Assembly (NCBI GenBank): GCA_043811395.1
Contig: JBDRNE010000115.1
Span: 12,212 to 76,211 of the forward strand
Direction of reading: 5' to 3'
Source of the DNA: Candidatus Omnitrophota bacterium
GTDB taxonomy: Bacteria; Omnitrophota; Gorgyraeia; Tantalellales; Tantalellaceae
DNA: 64,000 nt
Each line of letters opens with the position of its first letter. Within the stretch, counting starts at the first letter, position 1. Of this stretch, positions 1 to 9,433 are shown in pieces. A program made the position numbers and the translations under genes. Under the pieces are notes generated by a model that saw only the letters and a program-made list of their open reading frames with translations, ran no database searches and was not told the DNA's origin.

Positions 1-34
1 TGAGATATAAACCTAAAACAATAAGCAGGTGAAA

Positions 35-1039
35 ATGATGTTTTTCAAGTCAAAAACGTATTGTACCAAAATTATGGGTTTTTTGTTTATTTTCAGCATG
101 GGAATAATTTGCCAGAGAGGACATGCGGATACAATTGTGCTGAAAAATGATGAACCAGTAAAAGGCGTAGTGGTTGAATCGTTTAAAGACCGAGTAGTTG
201 TCTCAACGATGGATGGGGAGAAAGTGATAATGCGGACTGATATTAATCAGCTCGTATATGACAGAGAAGAGCAGAATCTTGTTAGTCTTGCCGAGTTTTA
301 TCAGGATAAAGAGCAATTCAGCAAGGCGTATTATTGTTATAGCAAAGCTCTTGGAATTAATCCTGAGTATAAAAAAGCCAAGGAAGGGCTTCATTATGTT
401 GGCGTTTATGTTATTAACTCTGACCGCCGGCAGAAACTGGACCATGTTCAGAAAATGAATGAAGGAGAAAAGGAAAGACAAGGAATTATTAAAGAAAACA
501 TAGTGCAGGATAAAAGCCAAAAATTAAAAGATACCCTTGGGTTAGTTTTGTCTAAAGTACAGCAAAATTCAGTAGTTTCGGAGGTGGTTAAGGGAACACC
601 CGCGGCAAAAGCAGGCGTACAAAAAGGGGATATAATTTTTGCGGCATGGGGAAGGTCTGCCGGTTATATGGATTCTGAAGAGATTCTGGACAGGCTTCTT
701 AGCCCATTAATGGATGTTCAGATTACTATTGAACGGGATTATAAGATTTATCTTGAAGATTCAGTAGAAAAATATGGGAATAAAGCCGGTATAAAATTGG
801 GGTATTCAGAAATGGAAGGCATGGGTGTTGAGGATTTAGCGGCTCGCGGCGCGGCGAGCGAAGCAGGAATTCAGACTGGGGACATAGTGGTAGAGGTGCA
901 AGGGCAATCCGTGAGATATATGACAATCCAGGAAGTGGACAGCATAATAAATTCTCAAAAAATGAAGGAACTTTCTCTGAAGATAAAAAGAGATGTAGTT
1001 ATTTGGAAAAACCTAGAAGAGACAAAAACAGTATTTTAA
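35..1039 (+). CDS. Secreted/periplasmic protein with signal peptide, TPR-like segment and two PDZ domains
   Basis: The ORF is 29..1039; position 29 is GTG, and the first ATG at 35 follows AGGTG. The N-terminus is hydrophobic. Two PDZ-like segments are present (VVSEVVKGTPAAKAGVQKGDII and GVEDLAARGAASEAGIQTGDIVVEVQG). Confidence 0.6.
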   Translation: MMFFKSKTYCTKIMGFLFIFSMGIICQRGHADTIVLKNDEPVKGVVVESFKDRVVVSTMDGEKVIMRTDINQLVYDREEQNLVSLAEFYQDKEQFSKAYYCYSKALGINPEYKKAKEGLHYVGVYVINSDRRQKLDHVQKMNEGEKERQGIIKENIVQDKSQKLKDTLGLVLSKVQQNSVVSEVVKGTPAAKAGVQKGDIIFAAWGRSAGYMDSEEILDRLLSPLMDVQITIERDYKIYLEDSVEKYGNKAGIKLGYSEMEGMGVEDLAARGAASEAGIQTGDIVVEVQGQSVRYMTIQEVDSIINSQKMKELSLKIKRDVVIWKNLEETKTVF

Positions 1040-1074
1040 CTTGTGGTTGCGGTATTACAATAACGGAGGAGTAA

Positions 1075-1611
1075 ATGGCAAACAAAAAATTCAGAAGGAA
1101 ACGTTATATTATACTTTTGGGGTTTCAGCTCAAATATATTTTGTATATCCTGCTATTTATTTACATTGGTGCGGCAGTTGCCGGATATACCGTTTATTGG
1201 ACAACCTGGGTAACTTTGGGCGAGAAGTTGGCAAATGTGTATCCGCGAAGCAGGCTGATTTATATATTTCATGACGCGAATATGACTCTTCTCATTAGAA
1301 TGTTGATTATTACCCCTATTTTTATTCTTATCGGGATTTTTTTGTCACATAGAATAGCCGGCCCAATCTACAGGATAAGTAAGTATCTTGATGCATTAAA
1401 AGTTGGTGACTATTCACATGATGTAACTTTGAGAAAGAAAGATGAATTAAAAAATTTGGCCGGAAAATTGACGGAATTATGCCGAAAATTGCGTGAAGAC
1501 AAAGAAAAGAATAAGAACATAATAAAAGAAATAGAAGGCTTGCTTGATAAAAGCGAAATCCCTTTTGATGTCTCTGAAAGGATCAAAACAGAAGTGCGCC
1601 GGATTTCTTAA
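1075..1611 (+). CDS. Small membrane protein with two TM helices and a HAMP-like domain, possibly a truncated sensor
   Basis: The ATG at 1075 follows a GGAGGA RBS. Two hydrophobic helices are present, followed by a HAMP-like amphipathic segment (IAGPIYRISKYLDALKVGDYSHDVTLRKKDELKNLAGKL). There is no output domain. The stop codon directly abuts the left inverted repeat of the RAYT element. Confidence 0.55.
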   Translation: MANKKFRRKRYIILLGFQLKYILYILLFIYIGAAVAGYTVYWTTWVTLGEKLANVYPRSRLIYIFHDANMTLLIRMLIITPIFILIGIFLSHRIAGPIYRISKYLDALKVGDYSHDVTLRKKDELKNLAGKLTELCRKLREDKEKNKNIIKEIEGLLDKSEIPFDVSERIKTEVRRIS

Positions 1612-2382
1612 ATAGGGACGTCACCCATTTAATTAAAAAAACAAAACGTAGAATAATCATTTAATCATAGGTCGTCCTCTGGGGCGTGATGTCAGGGGCC
1701 GACCTAATTTATTTTCCAACATTTTAAAAAAAGTTTTATTTCCTAGAGGTTTTCCCAATAAGGTATGTTTGTTAATTGTTTCTATCAATTCTTTTGAAGG
1801 TTCTAGTTTTAGATCTTCTCTCCAGTTTTGGGGGTCCAATACTTTTTTACTTGGTGATAAAGAAATAATTCCTTGTTCGATGTTGAGATGATCTCTCGCA
1901 CTAGACCATTTCCAATCCTCGAGGTTTTTGACAAGTTGTGCCCGTATGGGATTAAGCTCAATATATTGTGTTACAATATAACTATGTTGTTCATCAAGCG
2001 GACAAGAAAAAAAACGACTTTGCCAGAGATGTCCTACTTTTTTATATTTTTTATTGAAATATTGAGTATAACACATTTGGGTATAATTGAATGTCTTGGA
2101 AAAAGAGTCGGCTTGTTTCGGGATAGCTTTAACATGGATGTGGTTAGGCATAAGAGCGTATGAAGAAATATCGAGATAATATTTAGTTTTATGTTTTTCA
2201 AGTAGTGTAAGATATCGGATGTAGTCCTCATCATCAAAAAAAGTGGTAGTTTTATTGTTTCCTCTCTGAGTTATATGATGGGGAACTCCTAAAACAACAA
2301 TGCGTGCAGTTCGAGGCATAATGGCTCCTTTCGTAATTTTAACAAAATAGGTGACGTCCCTATTTATACGTCCCTATTTATA
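1611..2382. mobile_element. IS200/RAYT-like single-gene element bounded by perfect inverted repeats
   Basis: The left repeat AATAGGGACGTCACC (1611-1625) and the right repeat GGTGACGTCCCTATT (2350-2364) are exact reverse complements and bracket a Y1 transposase gene. A 14-bp tandem duplication CGTCCCTATTTATA lies at 2355-2368 and 2369-2382. Confidence 0.7.
1657..2319 (-). CDS. IS200-like / REP-associated tyrosine (Y1, HUH) transposase
   Basis: It carries the HUH-type motif (MPNHIHV) and a downstream region (GHLWQSRFFS) that presumably holds the catalytic Tyr. The ATG at 2319 follows AAGGAG. It is a single gene between inverted repeats. Confidence 0.8.
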   Translation of the reverse strand: MPRTARIVVLGVPHHITQRGNNKTTTFFDDEDYIRYLTLLEKHKTKYYLDISSYALMPNHIHVKAIPKQADSFSKTFNYTQMCYTQYFNKKYKKVGHLWQSRFFSCPLDEQHSYIVTQYIELNPIRAQLVKNLEDWKWSSARDHLNIEQGIISLSPSKKVLDPQNWREDLKLEPSKELIETINKHTLLGKPLGNKTFFKMLENKLGRPLTSRPRGRPMIK

Positions 2383-3910
2383 CCCATAAGTTTTTGTCTA
2401 GAGAACGGTATCCGATTGCCTCGGAAATGTGAGGCGTGTCTATAGTTTCTGAATTTGCCATATCGGCGATAGTTCGTGATATTTTTAGGATTTTGTCATA
2501 TGCTCGTGCGCTAATGCCGAGTTCAAGTATTGCTTTTTTTAGTAATGCTTCAGCTGTCGATGTTAGCGGGCAAAACATTTCAATGTCTTTTTGGGACATA
2601 TAAGCATTATAAGCAGAGGATCTTTTTTTGTTTTTAAAACGATTGTTTTGCAACTGTCGGTTTGCGGTTACCCGTTTTTTTATGTTCTCTGAATTTTCAC
2701 CCGTTCTCTTTTTTGATAAATCTGTGTAATCAAGACGGGGCACTTCAAGGTGTAAATCAATTCTGTCTAAAAGAGGTCCAGATATTTTTGAAAGATAACG
2801 TTGTATCTGGTAAGGTGAACATTGGCATTTTTTTAATTTGTCCGTAAAATAGCCGCATGGGCAGGGGTTCATGGCGGCGATAAGAACAAAACGTGATGGA
2901 TATTGGAGTGAACGCTGAGCTCTTGCTATTGTTATTTTTCCGGATTCAAGGGGTTGGCGCAGAGTTTCTAAGACGTCTCGGCGGAATTCCGGAAACTCAT
3001 CGAGAAAAAGAACTCCGTTATGCGCGAGGCTAATTTCACCTGGAAGCGGGTATGATCCGCCTCCTGCCATTGCCGCGTATGAAATCGTGTGGTGTGGAGA
3101 ACGAAAAGGCCGTTCTCTTATTAAGCCGGAATTTTTTGTTTGTCCGGTTACGCTGTAAATATTAGTTGTTTCGAGCGATTCCTTGAGGGAAAGATCCGGC
3201 AGGATAGAAGGGAACCGTTTTGCCAGCATGCTTTTTCCGGAACCCGGCGGGCCGAGGAGAAGAACATTGTGATTTCCGCTTGCGGCAACTTCAAGCCCAC
3301 GTTTTATATGGTGTTGACCCTTTACATCTTTAAAATCTAATTCGGTTTGAGAATTAGTATTAAAATATGTGTTTTTATTTATAACTGTTTGTGTTAAAGG
3401 TGTGATTTTTTTTAAGTGATCAATTACTTCGCGAAGGTTTCCTGCGCCATATACTGATATGTTATCTATGTTGGCGGCTTCAAGCGCGTTAGCGGTAGGT
3501 AGTATAAATGTTTTAAATTTGGTGTTTAAAGACATGGCTATTGGTAAGGCGCCCCGGAAATGTTTAAGTTTTCCGTTTAGGGAAAGTTCTCCGCAGAACA
3601 ATATGTTGTCAAGTTCTTCCTGTTTAAGCGCGGAAGTGGCTCCAAGTATGCCCAACGCTATTGGCAGGTCAAATCCTACGCCTTCTTTTTTTATGTCAGC
3701 CGGGGAAAGATTAACTGTTATTCTTGTTTCAGGAAAAGCAAATCCTGAATTTTTGATGGCGGAACGAATTCTGTTCCGACTCTCCCTTATTGAAGCATCG
3801 GGAAGGCCTACTACTAAAAAAGAAGGCATACCGTTTGTAACATCTACTTCAACGTCAACAGCCTGAGCGTTTACACCAATGACATATCCGGAATTTACTT
3901 TAGCAAGCAT
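2378..3910 (-). CDS. comM: Mg-chelatase-like AAA+ ATPase YifB/ComM
   Basis: It has a Walker A motif (GPPGSGKS), an LFLDEFPEF Walker B region and a ComM-type C-terminus. The ATG follows AAGGAG. The stop codon lies inside the second copy of the 14-bp tandem repeat. Confidence 0.9.
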   Translation of the reverse strand: MLAKVNSGYVIGVNAQAVDVEVDVTNGMPSFLVVGLPDASIRESRNRIRSAIKNSGFAFPETRITVNLSPADIKKEGVGFDLPIALGILGATSALKQEELDNILFCGELSLNGKLKHFRGALPIAMSLNTKFKTFILPTANALEAANIDNISVYGAGNLREVIDHLKKITPLTQTVINKNTYFNTNSQTELDFKDVKGQHHIKRGLEVAASGNHNVLLLGPPGSGKSMLAKRFPSILPDLSLKESLETTNIYSVTGQTKNSGLIRERPFRSPHHTISYAAMAGGGSYPLPGEISLAHNGVLFLDEFPEFRRDVLETLRQPLESGKITIARAQRSLQYPSRFVLIAAMNPCPCGYFTDKLKKCQCSPYQIQRYLSKISGPLLDRIDLHLEVPRLDYTDLSKKRTGENSENIKKRVTANRQLQNNRFKNKKRSSAYNAYMSQKDIEMFCPLTSTAEALLKKAILELGISARAYDKILKISRTIADMANSETIDTPHISEAIGYRSLDKNLWV

Positions 3911-3931
3911 AATTGACTCCTTTTGTGCGTT

Positions 3932-4387
3932 TTACAACATTGAGCTTGTTATTATGTTTTTTAAATGTTTAAGTATTTGAAAATTTTTTTGTGAATCCAA
4001 TTTAATGGCAATACCGTCAATGCGGTAATAGTCCATTGATAATTTGTGTTGTTTAAGATAAAACAAACAATTATTCAATATATGTTTTTGTTTAGTTGTT
4101 GTTATCGAGCTAAACGCGTTTCCAAATTTTTCCGATGTACGGGTTTTTATTTCAAAAAATACAATAAAATTAGCGTGTTGCGTGACTATATCAATTTCTC
4201 CGAAAGGGGTTCTGAAGTTTTTGTTTAAAATTTTATACCCATTTAAAATCAAAAATGTTTCCGCGATTTTTTCACCTAACTTACCGATTTGGTTGAGTGA
4301 GTTGATAGATGTAGGTGTATTGAAAATGTGATTTAAATAGTTAGATGGTTTTAAAAAGCGGTGTATTTTTAACCCGTTTATTTTCAT
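3932..4387 (-). CDS. YraN/UPF0102 family endonuclease-like protein
   Basis: The C-terminal half matches the UPF0102 pattern (GEIDIVTQ...IVFFEIKTR). It overlaps the sigma-factor gene by 4 nt. Confidence 0.6.
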   Translation of the reverse strand: MKINGLKIHRFLKPSNYLNHIFNTPTSINSLNQIGKLGEKIAETFLILNGYKILNKNFRTPFGEIDIVTQHANFIVFFEIKTRTSEKFGNAFSSITTTKQKHILNNCLFYLKQHKLSMDYYRIDGIAIKLDSQKNFQILKHLKNIITSSML

Positions 4388-4995
4388 AGATATCCTCTAT
4401 ATTTTCGCAAAAGGGTTTTTAAATTTTTCCGAGCACGATTAATTAATGTCGCGACAGTACCCTTTGGAATACGCAGTATTTCCGCGATTTCTTTGTATTT
4501 TTTGTTGTCATAAAAATAAAATTTTAAAACCAATTGCTGTCGATATTCCAGTTTAGATATTGTCTTGGATAAAATAGCGCGAAGTTCTTTGGTGTCTAAA
4601 AAAATTTCTGTATTAAATGAATCCGATGCTAAAGTTTTTATGAGAGCAGTTTGTTTGTGGTTAAGGCGGATATCATTATCTAATGAAATCGCATTTCTCG
4701 AGTTGCGATAAGTTTTTTCTTTGCAATAGTTTGAAGTTGCATTAAGGGAGATTATTATCAGCCAGTTTTCTAAGCAGGATATTTTCTGAATACTTTTTAA
4801 TTTATTTTTTTTCCATATTCGGAAAAATATTTCTTGAATAATATCCTGACGTTCACTTTTTGTGAATTTCAGACCAAGCTGGTTCAATTTGTAATTTACG
4901 CTTTTCGCGATGAGGTTAGTGTACGCATTTACAAACGATGTCCAGGCGTTTTGGTCTCGGTTTACGCATTCTAGTAAAAGGGTTTGAGTGTCCAT
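4384..4995 (-). CDS. ECF-type RNA polymerase sigma-70 family factor
   Basis: A region-2-like segment (DIIQEIFFRIWKK) and a C-terminal region-4 HTH (YKEIAEILRIPKGTVATLINRARKNL) are present. Confidence 0.7.
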   Translation of the reverse strand: MDTQTLLLECVNRDQNAWTSFVNAYTNLIAKSVNYKLNQLGLKFTKSERQDIIQEIFFRIWKKNKLKSIQKISCLENWLIIISLNATSNYCKEKTYRNSRNAISLDNDIRLNHKQTALIKTLASDSFNTEIFLDTKELRAILSKTISKLEYRQQLVLKFYFYDNKKYKEIAEILRIPKGTVATLINRARKNLKTLLRKYRGYL

Positions 4996-5135
4996 GGGGA
5001 GCAGTATACGCCCTCATTGATTTAAAATCAATATATTTTTAATTTTTCACGAAATAAGTTATTCTGTTTTCTTGTCTTTCGCACGGTCAGTATGGGGTCC
5101 GGAAAGCTTTTCAGAATAAAAAAAGCATAATTATG

Positions 5136-5163
5136 TTGGAATTTTGTTAATACATAGTATAAT
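5136..5163 (+). promoter_or_regulatory. Candidate sigma-70 promoter for the STAS gene (TTGGAA-16-TATAAT)
   Basis: TTGGAA at 5136-5141 and TATAAT at 5158-5163 sit in the divergent intergenic region. Confidence 0.35.
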
Positions 5164-5242
5164 TATGACTGTATTAAAGAAATCAGCAAAAATACAGTCT
5201 TAGTTCGTTTTACGGACAATGAAATATAAACCGGAGGTGAAA

Positions 5243-5617
5243 ATGTCGCTTGTAGTGAAAATTACAAAACAAGGCAATACTTGTTTTATAGAGCCCGTTG
5301 GTGTTATTGATACTGAGACTTCAAAAACTTTTGATGAAAAAATACAAGAACAAATAGATGAGTCAATACAGGTTCTTGTGTTAAATTTGGAAGGTGTGGA
5401 GTATATAAGCAGTATGGGGCTAAGTATGATAGTAAAGGCGAAAAAGCGGATTGAAGAAGTGAAGGGTGTTTTTATGATGACCAATCTTCAGCCACAGATA
5501 CAAAAAGTTTTTAAAGTAGTCAAAGCGCTTCCAGGGTTGAATATATTTAAAAGTATGAAAGAAGCGGATGCCTATCTTGATAGTGTTCAAAAGGGAGATT
5601 TGAAAACCCGAAAATAG
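5243..5617 (+). CDS. STAS-domain anti-sigma-factor antagonist (SpoIIAA-like)
   Basis: The STAS pattern is present (LNLEGVEYISSMGLSMIV). The ATG at 5243 follows GGAGGTG, whereas the track start at 5219 has no RBS. Confidence 0.75.
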   Translation: MSLVVKITKQGNTCFIEPVGVIDTETSKTFDEKIQEQIDESIQVLVLNLEGVEYISSMGLSMIVKAKKRIEEVKGVFMMTNLQPQIQKVFKVVKALPGLNIFKSMKEADAYLDSVQKGDLKTRK

Positions 5618-5664
5618 AGGTAGAAATTTTATTAATAAATATGTAAGTTTCGGCTATTAATAGT

Positions 5665-7404
5665 ATGAATAACAAAGAGGTCGCTACAGTTTTTTTACGC
5701 ATAGCGGACGCGCTTGAAATCAAAGGCGAAAATGTTTTCAAAATACGCGCTTATCGGCGTGCCGCGCAAAATGTGGCAGATCTTTCACGTCAGGTAGAAG
5801 ATATTTATAAAGAAAACCCTTCAAAATTAAATGACATTCCAGGAATAGGCAAGGATCTTAAAGAAAAAATTGTGGAAATGATTCAAGTTTCACGTTTGAA
5901 GTATTACGATGATCTTATGAAAGAATTCCCGGAAGGATTTCTCGAACTACTTAACATCTCAGGATTGGGTCCCAAGAAACTTAAAAAACTTAAAGATGAG
6001 TTAGCTATCAATAACGTGGATGATTTGGAGAAAGCGTGCAAGAAAGGCGAGTTGTCGCGGATCGAAGGTATGGGAGAGAAAACCGGGCAGAAACTTTTGT
6101 CAGCTATACAATATTTTCGTGAAAAACAAGGAAGGTTTCTTTTGCCAGAAGCGGAAGACTTTGCGGATAGAATAGTTGAATATTTAAAGAAATCAGGTAA
6201 TTTTAAAAAGATTGAAATCGCTGGAAGCTTGCGCCGTGGCAGGGAGACGATAAAAGATGTGGATATCCTGGCCGTAGCCAAATCAGCGGAAAAAGCAATG
6301 GATTATTTTGTTAGTTTTCCGTCTGTAAAAAATGTAATAGCCAAAGGGCCGACAAAATCAAGCATTGTAATTAAAGAAGGCGCGCAAATAGATCTCAGGA
6401 TAGTGGATGAAGCTAGTTTTGGCGCGGCGTTAGTATATTTTACAGGATCAAAAGCACATAATATTAAAATACGAAAAATAGCGAAAGAGAAAAATTATAA
6501 AGTAAATGAGTATGGTGTGTTTGCCGTTAATTATTTAAAGAATAAAGAGACAAAAGTTGCCGGCAAAACCGAAGATGGAGTTTATCGTAAGTTAGGTATG
6601 GAGTGGTGCGCTCCAGAACTTCGTGAAGACCAAGGAGAAGTAGAGGCCGCGCTTGGGGGTGCGCTCCCGCGGAACCTTATACAATTAAAAGACATAAAAG
6701 GGGATTTGCATTCTCATACTACGGAAACAGATGGAAGCCGGACTATAAAGGAAATGGTATTAGCGGCTAAAAGAAAAGGATACCGTTATTTTGCCGTGAC
6801 GGATCATTCGAAAAACGTGCGGATTGCGAATGGGATGGACGAAAAGAGGTTGTTAAAACATATAGAAAATATAAAAAAAACAGCGCGGACAATAAAAGGG
6901 GTAAAAGTCTTAACGGGGGTGGAGGTCGATATTCTTGAAGATGGAAAACTTGATATAGAAGATTATGTCTTAAAAGAACTGGATATAGTGATTGCCGCGG
7001 TCCATTCAAAGTTCGGGTTAGATAAAGAGAAACAAACAAATCGTATACTTCGAGCAATGGATAATAAATATGTTAATATTCTTGCGCATCCATCGGGGCG
7101 ACTTATAACGACGCGGAAGCCGATACAGGCTGATTTTGATAAAATTTTTTTAAGAGCAGTGGAAAATAATATTTGTTTGGAAATAAATACGCATGGAGAA
7201 CGTATTGATTTAAATGATTTACATTGCCGCAGGGCAAAAGAATTTGGTGCTAAATTTGCAATTAACACCGACGCGCATGACGCGTTTGAGCTTGATGAAA
7301 TAAAATACGGAGTAGTGACAGCGCGTAGAGCTTGGCTTGAAAAAAAAGATGTGATAAATACGTATGCAGTTGATAAATTAACCAGAACACTTAAAAGAGG
7401 TTAG
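5665..7404 (+). CDS. polX: Family X DNA polymerase with C-terminal PHP phosphoesterase domain
   Basis: The N-terminus is PolX-like (VFKIRAYRRAA with helix-hairpin-helix). The PHP domain is present (DLHSHTTETDG...VTDHS). Confidence 0.9.
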   Translation: MNNKEVATVFLRIADALEIKGENVFKIRAYRRAAQNVADLSRQVEDIYKENPSKLNDIPGIGKDLKEKIVEMIQVSRLKYYDDLMKEFPEGFLELLNISGLGPKKLKKLKDELAINNVDDLEKACKKGELSRIEGMGEKTGQKLLSAIQYFREKQGRFLLPEAEDFADRIVEYLKKSGNFKKIEIAGSLRRGRETIKDVDILAVAKSAEKAMDYFVSFPSVKNVIAKGPTKSSIVIKEGAQIDLRIVDEASFGAALVYFTGSKAHNIKIRKIAKEKNYKVNEYGVFAVNYLKNKETKVAGKTEDGVYRKLGMEWCAPELREDQGEVEAALGGALPRNLIQLKDIKGDLHSHTTETDGSRTIKEMVLAAKRKGYRYFAVTDHSKNVRIANGMDEKRLLKHIENIKKTARTIKGVKVLTGVEVDILEDGKLDIEDYVLKELDIVIAAVHSKFGLDKEKQTNRILRAMDNKYVNILAHPSGRLITTRKPIQADFDKIFLRAVENNICLEINTHGERIDLNDLHCRRAKEFGAKFAINTDAHDAFELDEIKYGVVTARRAWLEKKDVINTYAVDKLTRTLKRG

Positions 7405-7428
7405 GGTGCGCGTTTCTTGAAAACAAAT

Positions 7429-9426
7429 ATGGCAAAAGACAAAAATATAAATAAAAGAATTAGTGAACTTAGGGAGATGATACTAAGACATAATGACCTC
7501 TATTACATAGATGGACTGCCAGAAATTTCTGACAATAAATATGATGAATTAGTCAGAGAACTGAAGGCTTTAGAACTTCAATATCCCGAATATGTTTCAT
7601 CGGATTCTCCTACCCAAACTGTCGGGGCTCCGATCCCTGACAAATTTGAAAAAGTGCAACATGTTACGCCCATGCTTAGCCTCGAAAGCATAAATGATTC
7701 TCTAGGCGCGAATCATTTCGATCAGGTATGTGTGAAAGAATTGGGTGAAAGTATTGATTATTTATGCGAGCCCAAACTTGACGGGCTTAGCGTAGAGCTT
7801 GTTTACGAAAATGGTATTTTTACCCGCGCCGCGACTCGCGGAGATGGCATGACTGGTGAAGAGGTTACGCTTAATGTGCGGACTATCGGGAATGTGCCTA
7901 AACGCTTGAAAAGCAGTGACGCACCTAAACACCTTGCTGTTCGTGGCGAAGTTATGATGCACATAAAAGATTTTCAGGAATTAAATAAAAGACGGATAGA
8001 ACAAAACGGGGATGTTTTTGCCAATCCGCGTAATGTAGCGGCAGGATCAATGCGGCAGTTGGATGCTCGCGTAACCGCACGGAGAAAACTTCATGTTTAT
8101 TGTTATCAGATACTAGCATTTTCTGGAAACGCGCCGACAACACAATTTGAGGCGATGAAGTTATTAAAACAAATGGGGTTTGATGTTTCACCGAATATGA
8201 AACATTGCCGAAATATCGAAGAGGTAAAAGAATATCATCACAATATGGAAGCAGTGCGAGACGATCTTAACTATGAAATTGATGGTATTGTTGTAAAAGT
8301 TAATAAAATTAAATTTCAGGAAAAATTGGGAACAAGAACCACAAATCCTAAATGGGCAGTTGCTTATAAATTTAAACCGCGAAAAGAAATTACACGTTTG
8401 GAGGATATTATTGTTCAAGTTGGGCGTACAGGAGTTATTACTCCTTTGGCTTTACTCCAGGCGGTTGAAGTGGGAGGCGTGACAGTTTCAAGAGCAACAC
8501 TTCACAATATGGATCAAATAAAAAAATTAGGTGTAAAGATCGGTGATTACGTGAAGCTTCACAGAGCCGGAGACGTTATTCCCTATATCGCGGAAGTAGT
8601 AAAAGAGAAAAGGACGGGGAAGGAAAAAGAATTTCATATGCCGTCAAAGTGTCCCAGTTGCGGCGCTAAGGTAGAATGGGAAAATGTTTTTTGTCGGTGT
8701 CCGGCCGGGCTCGCGTGCCCAGCTCAACTAAAAGAAACGATCATACATTACACTTCTAAAGGAGCGGCAAATATTGACGGATTTTCCGTAAAAACAGTGG
8801 AGCTATTATATTCCAAAGGGCTTATCCGCAATATCTCAGATATATATTCGTTAAACAGTAGTGATTTATTAAAGCTTGAGGGCTGGAAAGAGAAAAGAAC
8901 AAATAATCTTTTAGAGGCAATCGAAAAATCTAAAAACATTGCGTTAGATAGATTCATTTTCGGTCTGGGGATTAGGAATGTAGGGAAACATATCGCATTT
9001 CTTTTAGCCAAAAGGTTTGGGAATTTAGAAAATATTATTTCAGCAGATAGAGATAGAATAGTTGCGGTAAAAGAAATAGGCCCTGAAATAACAGATAGCA
9101 TAATAGATTTTTTTAATGTCTCGGAAAACATAAAGGAAATAAAACGTTTGAAAAATGCCGGAGTTGTTGTCGTGGAAAGCAAATTAGTTTCAAAAGGTAG
9201 GTTGCTTGAAAAAAAATTCGTTTTTACAGGAACCCTTGAAAAGTTGACCCGGCAGGAAGCAAAAGATTTAGTAGAATCGAAAGGCGGGGAAGTTGTTTCG
9301 AGTGTAGGTAAGGATGTTGATTTTGTTGTTGCCGGGAAAAAAGCTGGCTCCAAGTTGAAGAAGGCGAAAGAAAAAGATATAAAAGTCCTGTCGGAAGAAG
9401 AGTTTATGAAGTTAGTTGGCCGATAA
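7429..9426 (+). CDS. ligA: NAD-dependent DNA ligase
   Basis: It has the KxDG adenylation motif (EPKLDGLSVEL), a Zn-finger (CPSCGA...C) and a C-terminal BRCT. The track start at 7417 is TTG; the first ATG is at 7429. The gene begins 12-24 nt after polX. Confidence 0.9.
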   Translation: MAKDKNINKRISELREMILRHNDLYYIDGLPEISDNKYDELVRELKALELQYPEYVSSDSPTQTVGAPIPDKFEKVQHVTPMLSLESINDSLGANHFDQVCVKELGESIDYLCEPKLDGLSVELVYENGIFTRAATRGDGMTGEEVTLNVRTIGNVPKRLKSSDAPKHLAVRGEVMMHIKDFQELNKRRIEQNGDVFANPRNVAAGSMRQLDARVTARRKLHVYCYQILAFSGNAPTTQFEAMKLLKQMGFDVSPNMKHCRNIEEVKEYHHNMEAVRDDLNYEIDGIVVKVNKIKFQEKLGTRTTNPKWAVAYKFKPRKEITRLEDIIVQVGRTGVITPLALLQAVEVGGVTVSRATLHNMDQIKKLGVKIGDYVKLHRAGDVIPYIAEVVKEKRTGKEKEFHMPSKCPSCGAKVEWENVFCRCPAGLACPAQLKETIIHYTSKGAANIDGFSVKTVELLYSKGLIRNISDIYSLNSSDLLKLEGWKEKRTNNLLEAIEKSKNIALDRFIFGLGIRNVGKHIAFLLAKRFGNLENIISADRDRIVAVKEIGPEITDSIIDFFNVSENIKEIKRLKNAGVVVVESKLVSKGRLLEKKFVFTGTLEKLTRQEAKDLVESKGGEVVSSVGKDVDFVVAGKKAGSKLKKAKEKDIKVLSEEEFMKLVGR

Positions 9427-9433
9427 AGAAATT

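Noticed and set aside
203-520. Numerous antisense or alternate-frame ORFs of 60-176 aa inside long plus-strand genes. Examples are 203-520, 726-926, 6767-7268, 8748-9353, 18755-19171, 34927-35457, 47709-48138 and 51227-51988.
   Set aside because: They overlap well-supported conserved genes, have low-complexity or AT-codon-driven composition, and have no RBS or recognisable domains. They are typical shadow ORFs of an AT-rich genome.
1041-1274. A 77-aa ORF overlapping the start of the HAMP protein gene.
   Set aside because: It is an alternate frame of the better-supported 1075-1611 gene, which has a GGAGGA RBS.
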